A stretch of 64,000 nt of DNA from the human T2T-CHM13v2.0 reference genome, Homo sapiens. A model generated the notes under the pieces. The model was not told where the DNA came from. It ran no database searches and saw nothing but the letters and a program-made list of their open reading frames with translations. Both the position numbers and the translations under genes were made by a program. The DNA lies in the NCBI RefSeq assembly GCF_009914755.1, contig NC_060932.1; one strand, written 5' to 3'. Of the stretch, positions 1-13,240 are shown piece by piece; position 1 is the stretch's first letter, and each line of letters opens with the position of its first letter.

Positions 1-429
1 GAATCTGGGAGAGGGATCCTGAGGGGGAAGGATGAGCAGAAAGTTCAGGGTCAGGATTTTGAAGGAAAAAGGAACATTATCCATGTCAATAACTGCGATA
101 TATATGTTACATGGTACATTAAAGTATGTTTGATTCATATTATATTTTTTATTAAACATTCCAAATAATCATGAGTGTGTGTATGTGTTTTAAAGGTTTT
201 GTGTGTGCACACCTTGATACAGGATTTACTGTCAACATATTAATCATATCTATGTGCTTCGTGGAGAGAGTTTTTCTGTTATTACATGTTTTATTTAGAT
301 ATGACCTACATTGATATGAAGAAGCACATAGTCACTATTGCTGGACTAGTTTATTGTATATCTTTAGCTACCACAATTCTATGATGCACTTATTGGGCAA
401 GTACATTCAGGTGAATTTTATTGGCCAAA

Positions 430-600
430 GTCATTGTTTTATTGTCCATATTGCCTACAGAGCAGGTAATGTCTACGATACAGGAACACAAGGACTTTTC
501 TGTTGGTGTACTTATCCTGTTCATCAAATGTTTGAGACTAGGGTCTCTTACCAGCAAGAATAACCCAACGGAATCGGCCATTCAATTAAAAATTAAAATA
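430..600 (+). mobile_element. L2 LINE 3' end fragment (highly diverged)
   Basis: ttttattgtccatattgcctacagagcaggtaatgtc...ggacttttctg resembles the L2 3' terminus; overlapping short ORFs are incidental. Confidence 0.45.
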
Positions 601-1919
601 TTAGCTGAACAAGTAGGGGCTTAGTGATGTTGATTGGTAAGGAGAGAATATGTGGAAATTCATAAACAGCAATTTTCTCCATACAAAGAGAAACAAGTGA
701 GGAAAAAAGTCCTACATAAGAAAGAACCTGAACAAATAAGGCTTATTTAAGGCCTTACTCAATTTATGCAACCACTACCTTTCCCCTCTGTAACGTTTTT
801 TTCATTTTTAAAAGTCTAAACCTTCCTGAAGTCTTGGAAAGCACCAGGGATTTAGCCATACTTTCATATTTACTTCAGAACATCTTTCTTCTTAGGAATT
901 TTACATTGTGCATTTGCAAAAGCAATAGAACCAATAACAGTAGTCTAATGCATACATTGGAATTATTAGCCAACTTTAAATGAAGAAAAAAGAGTATACA
1001 TTGCATATTTCTCTAAATTCTGTTTCTTGGATATTTCCATTATACTTTTTGATAAACTGGGCCAGTTGACTCAGTCCTCCCTTGGAGTATGGTCGTTTTG
1101 AGTTCTTTTATCATTTTATAAGGAGAATTTAAAAGATATGACTTGAAGTCCATGCTAAATGATAAACAATTTTTAGAAATTTGAACCGACTGTAACAGAT
1201 TTGTATTTCATGTTTGCCCACACACTTACACGTGCATTTCAAAATGTAATTGGTATTCCTGTCATGCACCATTTTACGTGATTGATGAAGAATTCATGTC
1301 CATTATTTTGAGATGTGGTCTTCTATCCAACTGCCCAAGTCTAATATTTCTACCGTCTTTTATACAGCTAGTATTTATATCCACTATACATTTAGTAAAT
1401 GTTTAAACTAAATCACTATTTTAGACTCCAGATAAATTTGCAGTCCTTCTCTTTTAAAAGACAATAAAATTTATAGATTAGTGCAAACAGTATCAGTTCT
1501 GGATATCACACAGATATTTCTGCAAATACATATTTTAATAAAAAATTTTACTCTATTGAGAAACCACGAATCAAGTTAGTAATACAGAAAAGTCAATACT
1601 TGAGGGAGAGAGGAAAAAGTATATAATGGCCAGGAAATATTTATTTCATATTGATACATTTGGATTCACTTGAAATTTTAAGGTATGGGTGAGTCCATGA
1701 GAAATCCAGATTAATTTTAATAACATGAGTGTTTAGTGAGTATGAATTATGTCATAGTCACCGTGCTAGGAACTAATGATATAACGGTGATTAATGACAT
1801 TCTGTCTTACGAAAGGATGATCCTATATAATCAGGTATGGTTCTAAAATGTATTAGTGAGAATTCATGGAAATTCAGGAGGCATTCTATGCTTTCAAAAA
1901 AATTAAAGAACAAGTGACC

Positions 1920-2290
1920 TTATTTCCTCCATGTTCAACCTCAGTAAATCCATCCCACACAGCAATGAATTTTTTAGACACCCCTTAAATTTTCCTGCCT
2001 ACGAATCTTTAGTATGACATAATTGCTGATTGGATAATTTTTGAACATTTCATCCTAGCCTTCCACCAAAGGCCTCAATAGATAATAATTTTTTTCATGC
2101 CAGGTTAGAATCACCACTTCCCTAGGATCAGTGCCTCAGTATGATGTTTCTTATTTTCTTTGGCTTCCCTCAAGAATTCTTTAGTTCTATCTGCTTTGAA
2201 TGCTTTGTATCTGAATGTAATGCGTTTTACTTTAATACCTTGCCAGTACTTGACAGATGGATTCTAAATACTTGCTGAATAAATGGTTTA
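1920..2290 (+). mobile_element. L2 LINE fragment
   Basis: Ends in the L2-type tail ...aaatacttgctgaataaatg. Confidence 0.5.
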
Positions 2291-2589
2291 ATTAATGGCT
2301 TCTATCCTGAATGATAAATTGTTATCCAACAATGATTTTTTCTTCTCTGAATGCCAAGAGGACTTGAATATTTACCATATAATGAAGTACCTAATTTCTT
2401 ATTGCTTTCAGATACTTTCTGAAAGTTGCTATCTCTTTCCCCAACTTTATCATACATATTTCAAGGTTAGAAAATTTATTTTTTGGTATTTATAATCTCA
2501 TTAGAGTTTGGCATGGAGTAAGTGCTCAATAAATGCACTTTGATTGAGCCTGGAGTCATGGAAAAGTTTAATTAAAAAACATTAATTTC

Positions 2590-2800
2590 TCAGAGTTGTA
2601 AGAGCAGACAACAAATTTAAGTTGAAATCCTAAATTTATTTTTCACTACCTTGGAAAATGCTTTAACCACACTAAGCCTCATTTTTTATATGTAACACTG
2701 GGTATAATACTCTCTTCATTACATTGATAGTATGAGTCGTATGAGATAATGCATGTAAAATACTTCCCAGGGCAATTGACAAATAGTAAGGGCTCAGGAA
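2590..2800 (+). mobile_element. MIR SINE
   Basis: Core ttaaccacactaagcctcattttttatatgtaa...atgagataatgcatgtaaaatactt...tagtaagggctca. Confidence 0.75.
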
Positions 2801-4804
2801 AGAGAAGATCCCTAGTAAATACATGTATTTTCCCATTCAATGTTTATTGAATGCCAATCAAATTGCAGCTACTCTACTGGTCATATTTTAAGTGTTTTAA
2901 ATGTTGGACAATAGCACCTTCAATGAGAGTCTAAAGGAATAGGCATACTCAAAAGAGAAAAAGTAAAAGAATATATAAACAACTTTTAAGTTCACAAAAA
3001 AATTAACTTCAATTTTTTTTTGGAATACAGTTTGAAAGGAAACTGACCAACTACACTGTGTAGATCAGAGCTTGACTATAAAGGGAAATGCTGACAATGA
3101 AATAAAACTATAAAATTTCATTTCCTGGAAACTGTTAAAAATGAATGCAATCTATGTGTCTGCAAGATATAAAGGTAAAGCCTTATCTAAAGATAGTAGC
3201 CAAAAGAAAGCAGCCTTTTGGGGAAAATTTTAATTACACAAATCCCACAAGGCCTTTATTCCAAAAAATGAGACACATGATTTTTCATAAGCATAATTCC
3301 TAAAGTCCATGTCATATGTGAGTTAATACACATGCAATGTATACTTGTATAATTCATTGGATTTGTTTTCCCTTCTGCCCTTTGATCCAAAAGTTTATCA
3401 GGTTTTCATTGTTATATTCATAAAACAATAAGAAATTAATTAGGTAGCTGAAAGTTATTAGTAAAATATTCAAAACCTTAAAGTAGGTCAATTACCAAAT
3501 GTGGGACTTACATCAAGCCAACTGAAATAACCAGTTCCAGACTCAGGTCTTTCTGATGACCTATTCCCCTGAAAAGTTTTGTGATGGTGGTAGCCAATAG
3601 TTCTGGTCTTCATTATGATTGTCTCAGCTTACTGCCCTAAAGAGATGAGGGATACAAGAGGTGCTAATCCATGAAGCAAAAATTCCCATTGATTTACACC
3701 AGAACTAAAGGAGTAGCTTTTTTCCCACCTCCTACTAGATTCTCTGTAAGTAATTTCCTTGATAAAGTACAGCCCATATGTAGACTGAAAAGTATGCTAG
3801 CAGATACAAGGGAATTGCTACAACTGTTCTGTTAATAAGGTTTGAATAATATGAACTAGTATAAAGGAACTCTGCTTCTATTTATTCATTCATTAATTTA
3901 TTCATTCATATAAGAAGATCAATATTTCAAATGATGCCATGGGGGAAAAAGGAATAAATGAGATAGCCATAATCACCCACTTAAACATAGTCATTAGCCA
4001 TCTCCATGTGACACCAATAGGAAAATCTATAGTTCATCTTCATGGAATTTTACATTTCAACAATACCTGATTGTAGAGGAAAAATGATGAGAAACATTAG
4101 ATTTGCCACTTCCTGGAAGGATCAACATCTAAGGGAATATGAAAGGAGGCCATTTCATCTTGGAGGACTGTTGACCAACATTTCTTCCCTAACCTTTATT
4201 CACACCCTTTCCTTCACTACAAAAAATAAAATTTAGTGTGTTTTGCCTACCTTCAAGGAAACTCTACACAAATGTTCAAATGTCAGTTTTCCTATCTTAA
4301 TCTTCTTTCTTTCTGTTGGTAAAATCAGCATAATAGCATTTACAAGTTTCTTCACAGCATGCAGCTATGCTTATGCGGCAGAGCACAACAAGCATTGTTT
4401 TGTTTTTCTGTACAACAGTGCAACCTAGTGGAAGAAGCAAAGAGCCCTGCCCTTCAGGGCCAACCAAGGCAGGCCATGAGAGCTCTTCAACAGATTTTGT
4501 TATTTTAAAGATCATTCTCAACTTTCCTAATGCATTTATATTTCCTCACAGTGGTAAAAAGAGAGAAATCCCTGCATTTTTTATGTTGAGAATACAAGTG
4601 ATACCATAACATGTCTAGAAAAACAAATCTAAGGCTTTAAAAATTAATAATTGAACACTCAAGTGAATGTTTTTGAGGTATACTTTCTGAGATCTTAATT
4701 TAAAAATACTGAATTAACTATTCACAATAAAAAATAAACACTATACATCATTTACTGAAATTACTTTTATGTTAACTATTGCTTGGCATACTCTGGTAGG
4801 AATT

Positions 4805-5185
4805 ACGTGTATGCGTGTATTTGTAAGTGTGTGTGTGTTTGAGAGTGTTTGTGTGTATATGGTACATTTTATATCCCTAAAACATATACACTGTATATAT
4901 ATATACACACTGTATATATACCATGTGTATATATACTCTATGTATGTGTGTATATATATGCATATATATACACACACAGAGAAAAACATGACATATCTGT
5001 GACATATATATTGATATGACATATATATAATATATGTATATATTATATATTATATGTATATATCTATATGTGTACATGTGTATATGTGTGTGTATATATG
5101 TATATATACACACACACATACACAGACACACATAGATAAAAAGATTACATATCTATCTAGACTATATATTGCATACACACACAAG
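4805..5185. repeat. Compound (TG)/(TA)/(CA) low-complexity microsatellite
   Basis: Alternating purine-pyrimidine dinucleotide array. Confidence 0.9.
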
Positions 5186-7949
5186 TATAGTAATATGATT
5201 TGCTCATTCAGTGACAATTTAGAACAGAAAGTTTATTTTAGTGCCTATATATATTAACATCAATGTCCCTAAATAAAAAGTCAAAGTCTTCATGAAGATT
5301 ACTTATTCTTTTTAAAGCCACTCAGTGTTCTGTTTCAGGGTAACATCTAAAAGCTAAATACTTAATAGTTCTTCTTTCATGTTGATTTGCTTGCTTTTAT
5401 TGCTTCTGTTAAACCATTAAACAAGCTCATTTTATCACTGAGATTTTTTAATCCACTAAGTTTTAAGCAGGCTTTAAAATACAAATTTAAAATTTAAACA
5501 TGTAAATATGGATTTCTGAACTATATAGAGAAAGGTAAAATGACCTTCTGAGAAGACATGCATAAAAACTTAACAATTTTCCTTTGCACGAACATGGTCT
5601 AGAAGACATCATTCACTGTTCTTGTTTATAGGATATGCTATGGTAAGAATTAAACGTTAATTTAGTGAGACAATAAAATCTTCTCAACTACTGTGCTCTT
5701 GTATTTGGGATGGATTTGGAGATGATTAAATGAGTAAATCACACAGATCTGAAAGCTTTTTTTTCTCCTTTCTTTCTTTCCCTTTTTTTACACCTCCTTA
5801 GATGGCATCTTGATCGTGCATGCACTGTGAACACAGAAGGCCTATAGGTCAGACCTGAAATTATAGCTAAACCTCAACTCCTGAGGTACACAGGCTGTTT
5901 ATATAGATGAAAATTTATGATCTCTATACCCTAAATCCCTGGCCTCTCTTTTACATTGACTTCTTTACTATTTGCTGCTTTATTTTATGGTGATCCCTTG
6001 CCCTCTATAAATATATCACGGTTACTTAACCCCAGATCTCACCCCCAGACTTCAGGACTTCAGAAAGGATCTATTTGTTACTTATTCTGCTACTGGGTGT
6101 TTCGTAATCCTCCACATTAGCAGCTATTATTTTATAGCAGTTAGCATTTTCCAAATTTTCATCATCTCTTGATTGTTAGCCTTCTAACCGCTTAATAACA
6201 CCAGTCTTAGAACTGCTGTTTAGAGATTATGCTGAAGTAGAATTTTTTTCCTTAAGCTTGCACAATGATTGAAGTATTTTCTATTAAATATTTATCTATA
6301 GAAAAATGAATATTTCAACTCTAAAAAATTACATTTAGGCAAGCTTAATTGCCTTGTGTTAAATATATAAAATTTATAAAATCCTGACCTAATCTTAATA
6401 ACATGCCACTGAGTAATTAAAGTTTTCCATGGGTTAGATTCTAATAACCATCTTGTTTTGACTGAACTCCTTATTTGAGCCCAAAAAGTGAAGCTAGAAT
6501 ATAATAAGGGATTATAGATTTGCAAAAGCTATTGTCTGATATTAAAATTGTTAAGAAAATATGAGTCAGTATTATGCAAATTCTGACCTAATCCCAGCAG
6601 CATTCTCGTAGGTAATTGTATTTTTTCTTTAAAGGAGGACAGACCCTACAATAATTATGCCTTGTTAGTGTCCACATTGCTACATTTTTGATTTATGTAT
6701 TTTTCTGGGAGTTGACAGATAAGCAAGAAAAATTGACATATTATAAACTAATAAAAATAAATAATATCAGAATCTGCCTAGCAGCAGTCTACATTGGGAA
6801 GTTAAATCGATGCATTAATCACACAAATTTTTGAGCAAAACATAGTTTGTACTAAAATTTTTTTAAATTACATATATCAAACTAAACTAAATACTTAAGT
6901 GGCCATGTTTGTGTATGTTTGCGATTTCTAAGGTTAATCATTGTACACAATATATAAAAGCCATTTTTGTTTTATTTGCTTGTCTGTTTTTCTTAGGAAG
7001 TCAAGATGTTTGTAATCTCCTCCTACAGATGGCAACATGTAACATTCCTGTGAGACTTAGCATTTCCAGTCTTCAAAGAATATGCCTTAATGGAAAATTT
7101 GTTTACTATACTCTTTTCAATATTTTTGTTAAAATTCTTACTACTTAAAATGCTGACATTTGAATGCTATTATTTTATATTAAATACTACAAAAAATATA
7201 AAATTTTCAGGCTCTGGCAACAGCTAGTGCTAAGAGGCATGTTTTATTGTACCACAAGCTGGACAAATTGATGAAGGAAATATAACATCGATGAGCCTAG
7301 GGCTTGGTAAAATCTAGCAGTTGATACTATATCCATGAATGACAAAGAGTTATGAACTATGAATGTTGTTCTTCCCTTCAAGTTTTTGTAGTTGTGCAGT
7401 TTGTAATCTCATGTTTTGTTTTCTTAATCCATATTTTCCTTTAAATATAACCCAGGTTTTGCAAACAAATGCTTTAGGAATAATCAATCTAATAGTATTG
7501 ATTCATTATCGATGTTTCTCTGTTAGGAAAATGAAGCATTTTTAGCTTGATGCTAAAATTTCAGTATTTTTCTACTACTGGAGTCAGATACATGATCAAA
7601 AACCCTTAAAAGTTAATTTCTTGTATTTTGTAAGTAAGAAATAATAGGGCAAGAAATAATGGGCAGAATCAGCCTGCAAAATTGCTCATCAAAACACTAA
7701 TTATGATAAAAAACAATATACTATTTAGCACCAGGGTTACATCAAACAGACCCAAAGAATTTAACAGGAACCTCAGAAAACTATAACTTAACTCCTATCT
7801 CAAAAATGTAGTGCCAAATGAATTTCTTAAACCCAGTAAAAGGCATGAACAAGAAATCTACTAAGGACTTTTAACAACTGCAAAGTGTGTTATTGTTCAA
7901 ACACCAACTCCAGATAATTGACAGAGCCATGAAAACTCACAATACTTAA

Positions 7950-8140
7950 CTACACACTCATATACACACACAGAGATATAAGTACATGTAAGTGCTAGGT
8001 TATATGTGTGTGCATGTGTTTATATAACATATATAGTAGGTTTAAATATGTATAATGCAAAGTATATTTATATGTGTATGTGTCTATACATATCTTAAAA
8101 ATATATATATAGTAAAACACACACATATAAATGCACACAC
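7950..8140. repeat. TA/CA/TG low-complexity region
   Basis: Degenerate dinucleotide runs. Confidence 0.7.
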
Positions 8141-8144
8141 AGAA

Positions 8145-8300
8145 ACTGAGCACTTTGTATATTTCCTACCATTTCTGAACACTTGCTCTGAACCAAGCAC
8201 TTTATATCCTTTCACGTGATAGTCCCAAATAACTTTCACTTAAGTGTCAATATCTCCATTGTACAGAAGACAAAAGAAATTAAATAACTTTCTCAGGAAT
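8145..8300 (-). mobile_element. MIR SINE fragment
   Basis: aagcactttata...tctccattgtacagaaga...taaataactttctcagg matches the MIR reverse complement. Confidence 0.55.
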
Positions 8301-8349
8301 CAAGGCAAAAAATCCAATTCATTTCTATTAACTTGATTAGTATATCAAT

Positions 8350-8750
8350 TAACACTCTTTGGATTAAAAGCGCTAGATATTGTCCCCGGCTATATTAAGC
8401 AAAAGGTAATTTTTAAAGGGAAGTCAAGTGCTCACATAGACTAAAACTTGCAGAATTGGGGAAATAAAGACCTGGATGCAGAAACTGCCACAGTAGTTCT
8501 ATGGATGGAACAGTAGAGATCATGTACCACAACATGGAAAGTTAAACTCCAAACATTTTCAGTCGCTCACTCTCTCTGATCAAGTTTCAAGTTCCAGGAA
8601 GGGAACTTCCACTTACCTAGTTTGTCTTTCATGAGCTCCCCTTGACAATGTCCCTAATTACACACTGACCACAAAGTATAGAAAAGGGAAGAGAACCAAT
8701 TTGAAATCCTATTGACAAAGGAATAGAAGTCGGTCATAAGCAGCCAAAAA
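8350..8750. mobile_element. Old MaLR LTR (MLT1-type)
   Basis: ttaagcaaaaggtaattttt...tgctcacata motif typical of MLT1J/K/L; very diverged. Confidence 0.4.
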
Positions 8751-9770
8751 GGGAAAAGAAAAAAACAGACACTACGCAAGCAACCGAAAAGGTAAAAAAG
8801 AAACACCTATGGTCTATAAGATCAGACATGCATTCAGGAATGTGGCTCTACTTCATGCAATTCAATCATTCTGAGAGCTGGTTGCAAGTGACTTCCTAAC
8901 TGCAGAAAGAATTTCATGCAAAATAAAACAGACAAATGTGAAGCTCCATTATTTTGTTCCTGTTGTTTGTTTGTTTTTAAATATCTGCTTAATGACTAAT
9001 AAGTAGGAACAACAATAATAACAAAAAAAAGGCTATGAAGAAGAATGTGGGATTGGGATAGATCTCTGATATATAGAAAGACATGCTTCTGGATTATAAT
9101 CAACAAGTAATAAAGTGCATATCTAAGACTTCAGAGAGTTTCCCTCCACTACCAGAATTAGGGAGACTGGGTCATTAAACATTGGGTAAATATTATATAC
9201 TTAAACAGAGGGTGTCCAGCTTATTAATGGGTTGGATATCTCTGATGCCCCATCTAGGTTCATGGTCCATCACCTCCAACCTGCTCTCTGGTTCTTAAAT
9301 TCATCTCATCAGAATTAATTCACATCTTACTTACGTTCCTCAAATACTTTCTTTAAAATTTAGGACTTCTGTCTCCTGTTAGGATTTAGTTTTCCTAATA
9401 AATTGGTTGTACCTATCCTCTACACACTCTGTAATAAGCTTCCAGAAAACAAAAAAATGCCTTCTTTTCCTCTGAACATATTATATTCTTTGGTTTAGGA
9501 CAAATTTAATATAGGATAAGTCTTCAGAAAGGTTTTTTTTTCTTTTTTGCTTAAATAGGATCTCACAGGAGAAGAGAATCCACGGTGTCACAAATTTCCT
9601 AGGGTTACACATTTATTGTTGACAATGAAATTATAATACACCTGCCCAAATCTCCCCTGATAAATGCTGGCACATTTTCTCTTATTAGATCTTTGCTATA
9701 GAAAGAAGATGAATTTTCATCATATATCATAGTCAGCCTTTGAGTCTCTTCACTTAAAGATGAGGACAAT

Positions 9771-9945
9771 GGCTTGGTGTGGTAGTTCTCTCACATCTAG
9801 TCCCAGCTACTTGGGAAACTAAGGCAGGAAGATCACTTGAACTCAAGAGTTCGAGGTTGTGGTGTGCTATGATCTCAGCTGTGAACATCCACTGCAACAT
9901 AGCCTAACCAACATAGCAAGACCCTGTCTCTAAAATAAAAATAAC
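9771..9945 (+). mobile_element. FAM (fossil Alu monomer)
   Basis: Single monomer with FAM-diagnostic gtgctatgatc..ctgtgaa...ccactgca; A tail; TSD atgaggacaa (9760-9769 / 9949-9958). Confidence 0.88.
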
Positions 9946-10429
9946 AAAATGAGGACAAGACTCATACCAATAAGAAATTCCAAGCAACAACCAAAATAAT
10001 GGAAACAGTTAAGAGGAACTTTAGTGAGCAAATAAATATTGCACTGTAATTAGAAAAATCACGAATCTTAGAAAAAAATAATATAACACAAAATAGGCTT
10101 ATGTCTTTAGGAGACTCCAGGGAAAGGTATATAGTCAAAGGAATAATTTCAATTATATGTTATTTATGATTTGAAATAGAACAAATCGGAATTCAATAAA
10201 GGCTATGAAACAAGGAAATGGTTTCAGGTTTGCCTACTTTTGAAAGCCATTTGTGAGTGCAATTCAAAAAGAGTCCTTTATTTTTTAGAAAATAAAAATT
10301 TCTAGGAAATATGCAATTTAGTTTAAAAATTATTTACCTGGAAGTCCAAATTCTAAAATCTAAACTTCATAAAATATCACTATAATAAAAGATATGAAAA
10401 GAAAGGATTTTAATACAATTGGAATTGTT

Positions 10430-10567
10430 TAATTTCCATCTCTTTTTGGCTGTGTGAAGTGACTTATACTTCCTGGTTTTTAGTTTTCTCATCTGTAAAA
10501 GGGAATTAATGATAGATTCCTCACAGGATGGCTGTGAGAGTTAAATAACATACTGAAAATATTAGCC
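10430..10567 (+). mobile_element. MIR SINE (interrupted by MER33)
   Basis: agttttctcatctgtaaaagggaattaat...cctcacaggatggctgtgagagttaaataa. Confidence 0.8.
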
Positions 10568-10855
10568 CAGCATTGCTCAGTAAGGAAACCTGTACCCACA
10601 AGAGGCTATCGAGGACTTCAAATGTGGCCTGTCTGAATTAATTTGTACCGTAAGTATAAAATATATATTAGGTTTCAAAGACTTAACATGAAAAAAATAG
10701 AATATGAAGTATATCATTAATCAACCACATGTTGAAATAATGTTAGAAATATAGCATTAAAATTATTTTCACCTTTTTCACTTTTCTAATGTCACTACCA
10801 GAGAATTTAAAAGTGCATGCATGGATTACATTGTAGTTCTGAAGGAGAGTCTGGA
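10568..10855 (-). mobile_element. MER33 hAT-Charlie MITE
   Basis: gacttcaaatgtggcctgtctgaatt...aagtataaaata...ggtttcaaagactta...acatgttgaaataat...aattattttcacct matches the MER33 reverse complement. Confidence 0.8.
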
Positions 10856-11300
10856 CCTAAATAAGTGGCTGGTAAATATTTTAAAATCTTTTAATTTCAA
10901 TAATTTTGGCAGTTGTGCCAGATTTTGTTTTCTTTAATTTCAAGTCCTTATTCCGGGTGCTGTAAACTTTTCTGAAGTTCAATGAACATGTACTTCAGAA
11001 AAATTCTGTTTGTTGAGAAACTTTAGAAACATAGGATCTTTGATTGGTGGAATTATCTATATCTCAGCAAATACTAAATTGTCTATTTTGACAATTTTGG
11101 GGGACATAAAGGGGGACAGAAAAAAAGGATAAAATAAGAAAAGATATCTACTAAAAGTTAAGATCAATGATTTACTTGAAGCTTATGTATCACATCAATT
11201 TTTTTAGATTTATTAGAATAACCTGAATTAGAAAACTTTGGTCATCCCCAAAAAAAATGTAAGGCATAACAATGCTGATAGAGTTTATTTTTTCATGGTC

Positions 11301-11337
11301 TAAAACAAAAACAAAACAAAACAAAACAAAAAACAAA
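11301..11337 (+). repeat. (AAAAC)n simple repeat
   Basis: Direct inspection. Confidence 0.85.
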
Positions 11338-11342
11338 ATTCA

Positions 11343-11640
11343 GGTTGGGCGCGGTGGCTCACTCCTGTAATCCCAGCACTTTGGGAGGCTGGGGCAGGTG
11401 GATCACCCTAGCTCAGGAGATCGAGACCAGCCTGGCCAATATGACAAAACTCCGCCTCTACTAAAAATACAAAAATTAGCCGGGCGTGGTAGAGGGCACC
11501 TGTAAGTCCAGCTACTTGGGAGGCTGAGGCAGGAGAATCGCTTGAAGCCAGGTGGGGAGGTTGCAGTGAGCCGAGATCACGCCACTGCACTCCAGCCTGG
11601 GCGACAGAGTGAGACTTTGTCTCAAACAACAACAACAAAA
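11343..11640 (+). mobile_element. Alu SINE (AluS family)
   Basis: Full dimer with A-rich linker and (CAA)n tail. Confidence 0.95.
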
Positions 11641-13134
11641 CCCAAACTTCTTGAACATTGAGAAAGGTATGCAATATTGGGTAAGACATGGGTAAAGGTA
11701 ACTAGGTTCAAAACACAATTATTGATGAAATGCGACCCAAACACAAAAGATTTTCATCTGTCATTATTGTAGATATGCCATATTGTTCTTTGTATTTATT
11801 TCCTATATGACTGTTGGAACATCTTATCTATATGTCCCTTAAAGCCCTTATTGTTTTCAGCCTGTTATTATAGTAAGACATACTCATGTTGTAACTTCCT
11901 CCTTGACCACAAACTCTTTCAGGGAAGGATTTGTATCCATTGCATCTTACAGATACTAAGGAACTTAATACCGAACCATAGGAATTACAGACAATCTCAG
12001 ACACACAAAATAAGTGCATGAATTATTTAATTCTAACTTAAAATAAACTTTCCATAATTAAATATTCTAATTTATTAATAATCTTGAGTCTGGTAACTGG
12101 GCCCAAAATGTTATAAGTAAAATAAAATTCTAAAACACTCATTCTTTGTCAATATCAACCAAATAAAAATATTCTCCAAAAACTCTATTTTACTTAATGT
12201 CAAAATCAAAAGCTGAAAATATTATTACATTACAAAGTTAAGTTAGGATTGAATATTTTTTTCTCCTTTTCCACTCCCTTACCTCCCAAAGAAGTTGACC
12301 TATGTATCATTTGGGTTTAAGATCTTTTCCTGTTTTAATTCAACTGGGTTTTCCATCTCCAGCATATCCTTATATATTGCCTAATCTTCAAAAGGCATTT
12401 TATTAGGTTATATTTTTTGATGTGCATTGTGCAAGCACCGTATTTGTACAGTAGTATTCATTCTAAAATACATATTCACGTGACAGCCCATAATATCCCT
12501 GAAACAGCCATTACAGTCTGTCAAATAAATAATGCGCATTTTAAAGATGGTCTTTATGTGGGATGACTCTCTTGCATTTTCATGAGGCAGATTTTTTTTT
12601 TATTCTTTAAGAAAGAAAAGCACACAAAGGAAATGAACATGCAGAAAAATATGTTCAGGTAAAAGTGATACAAACAGGAAATTCAAGCATCTTTTAGTTT
12701 CTTCCTCCTTCTACCATTCCAACATTTTACTCTATAATGTTCTATGAAAAAAGACTTAACAGAGATTACATCATCTTCTGTAACCTTCTATACATGGACA
12801 TTTGAAAATAAAAATGTCTTCTTTTGTGTATTTATGTAATGTGAATCATATTTTGCATTTAATAGGTGACTATTTTTCTTCAAAATCAGGGTTTACTTGG
12901 CAAATGTACCTATTAAAAGAAGTGACATCTTCATAGAGTTAGTACATTGTATCCCTGTTATGTTAAAATGGCAGTCTTCTTTCTATTGTCTATAACAGCT
13001 ACAGATATATGTACACTGATTTTCCAAAGAAGTTACCTGCATTCACAGGTAAAAAACAAGGGGTAATCCTCTTTCTTGCTTTGATCTCTTATCAGTGGCT
13101 ACAATGACTATGAGAAAATAAGAAACATAGAAAA

Positions 13135-13240
13135 CAACATTTATTGCATGCTTACTACATGTCCAGTACGATGATGCACACTCTTAATATATTTTCCAAT
13201 TCAGTTCAAGACAGCTCTCTAAGGTGTGTCTAGTTGTTAT
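13135..13240 (-). mobile_element. MIR SINE fragment
   Basis: aacatttattgcatgcttactacatgtccag matches the MIR 3' end reversed. Confidence 0.6.

Noticed and set aside
354-624. Three overlapping short ORFs
   Set aside because: Overlap an L2-like relic; no recognisable protein similarity
4243-4609. Overlapping ORFs in GC-richer unique sequence
   Set aside because: No recognisable domain or convincing exon boundaries; may be regulatory, but this is unsupported
4741-5257. Y/I/C/V/T/H-rich ORFs
   Set aside because: Artefacts of dinucleotide repeats
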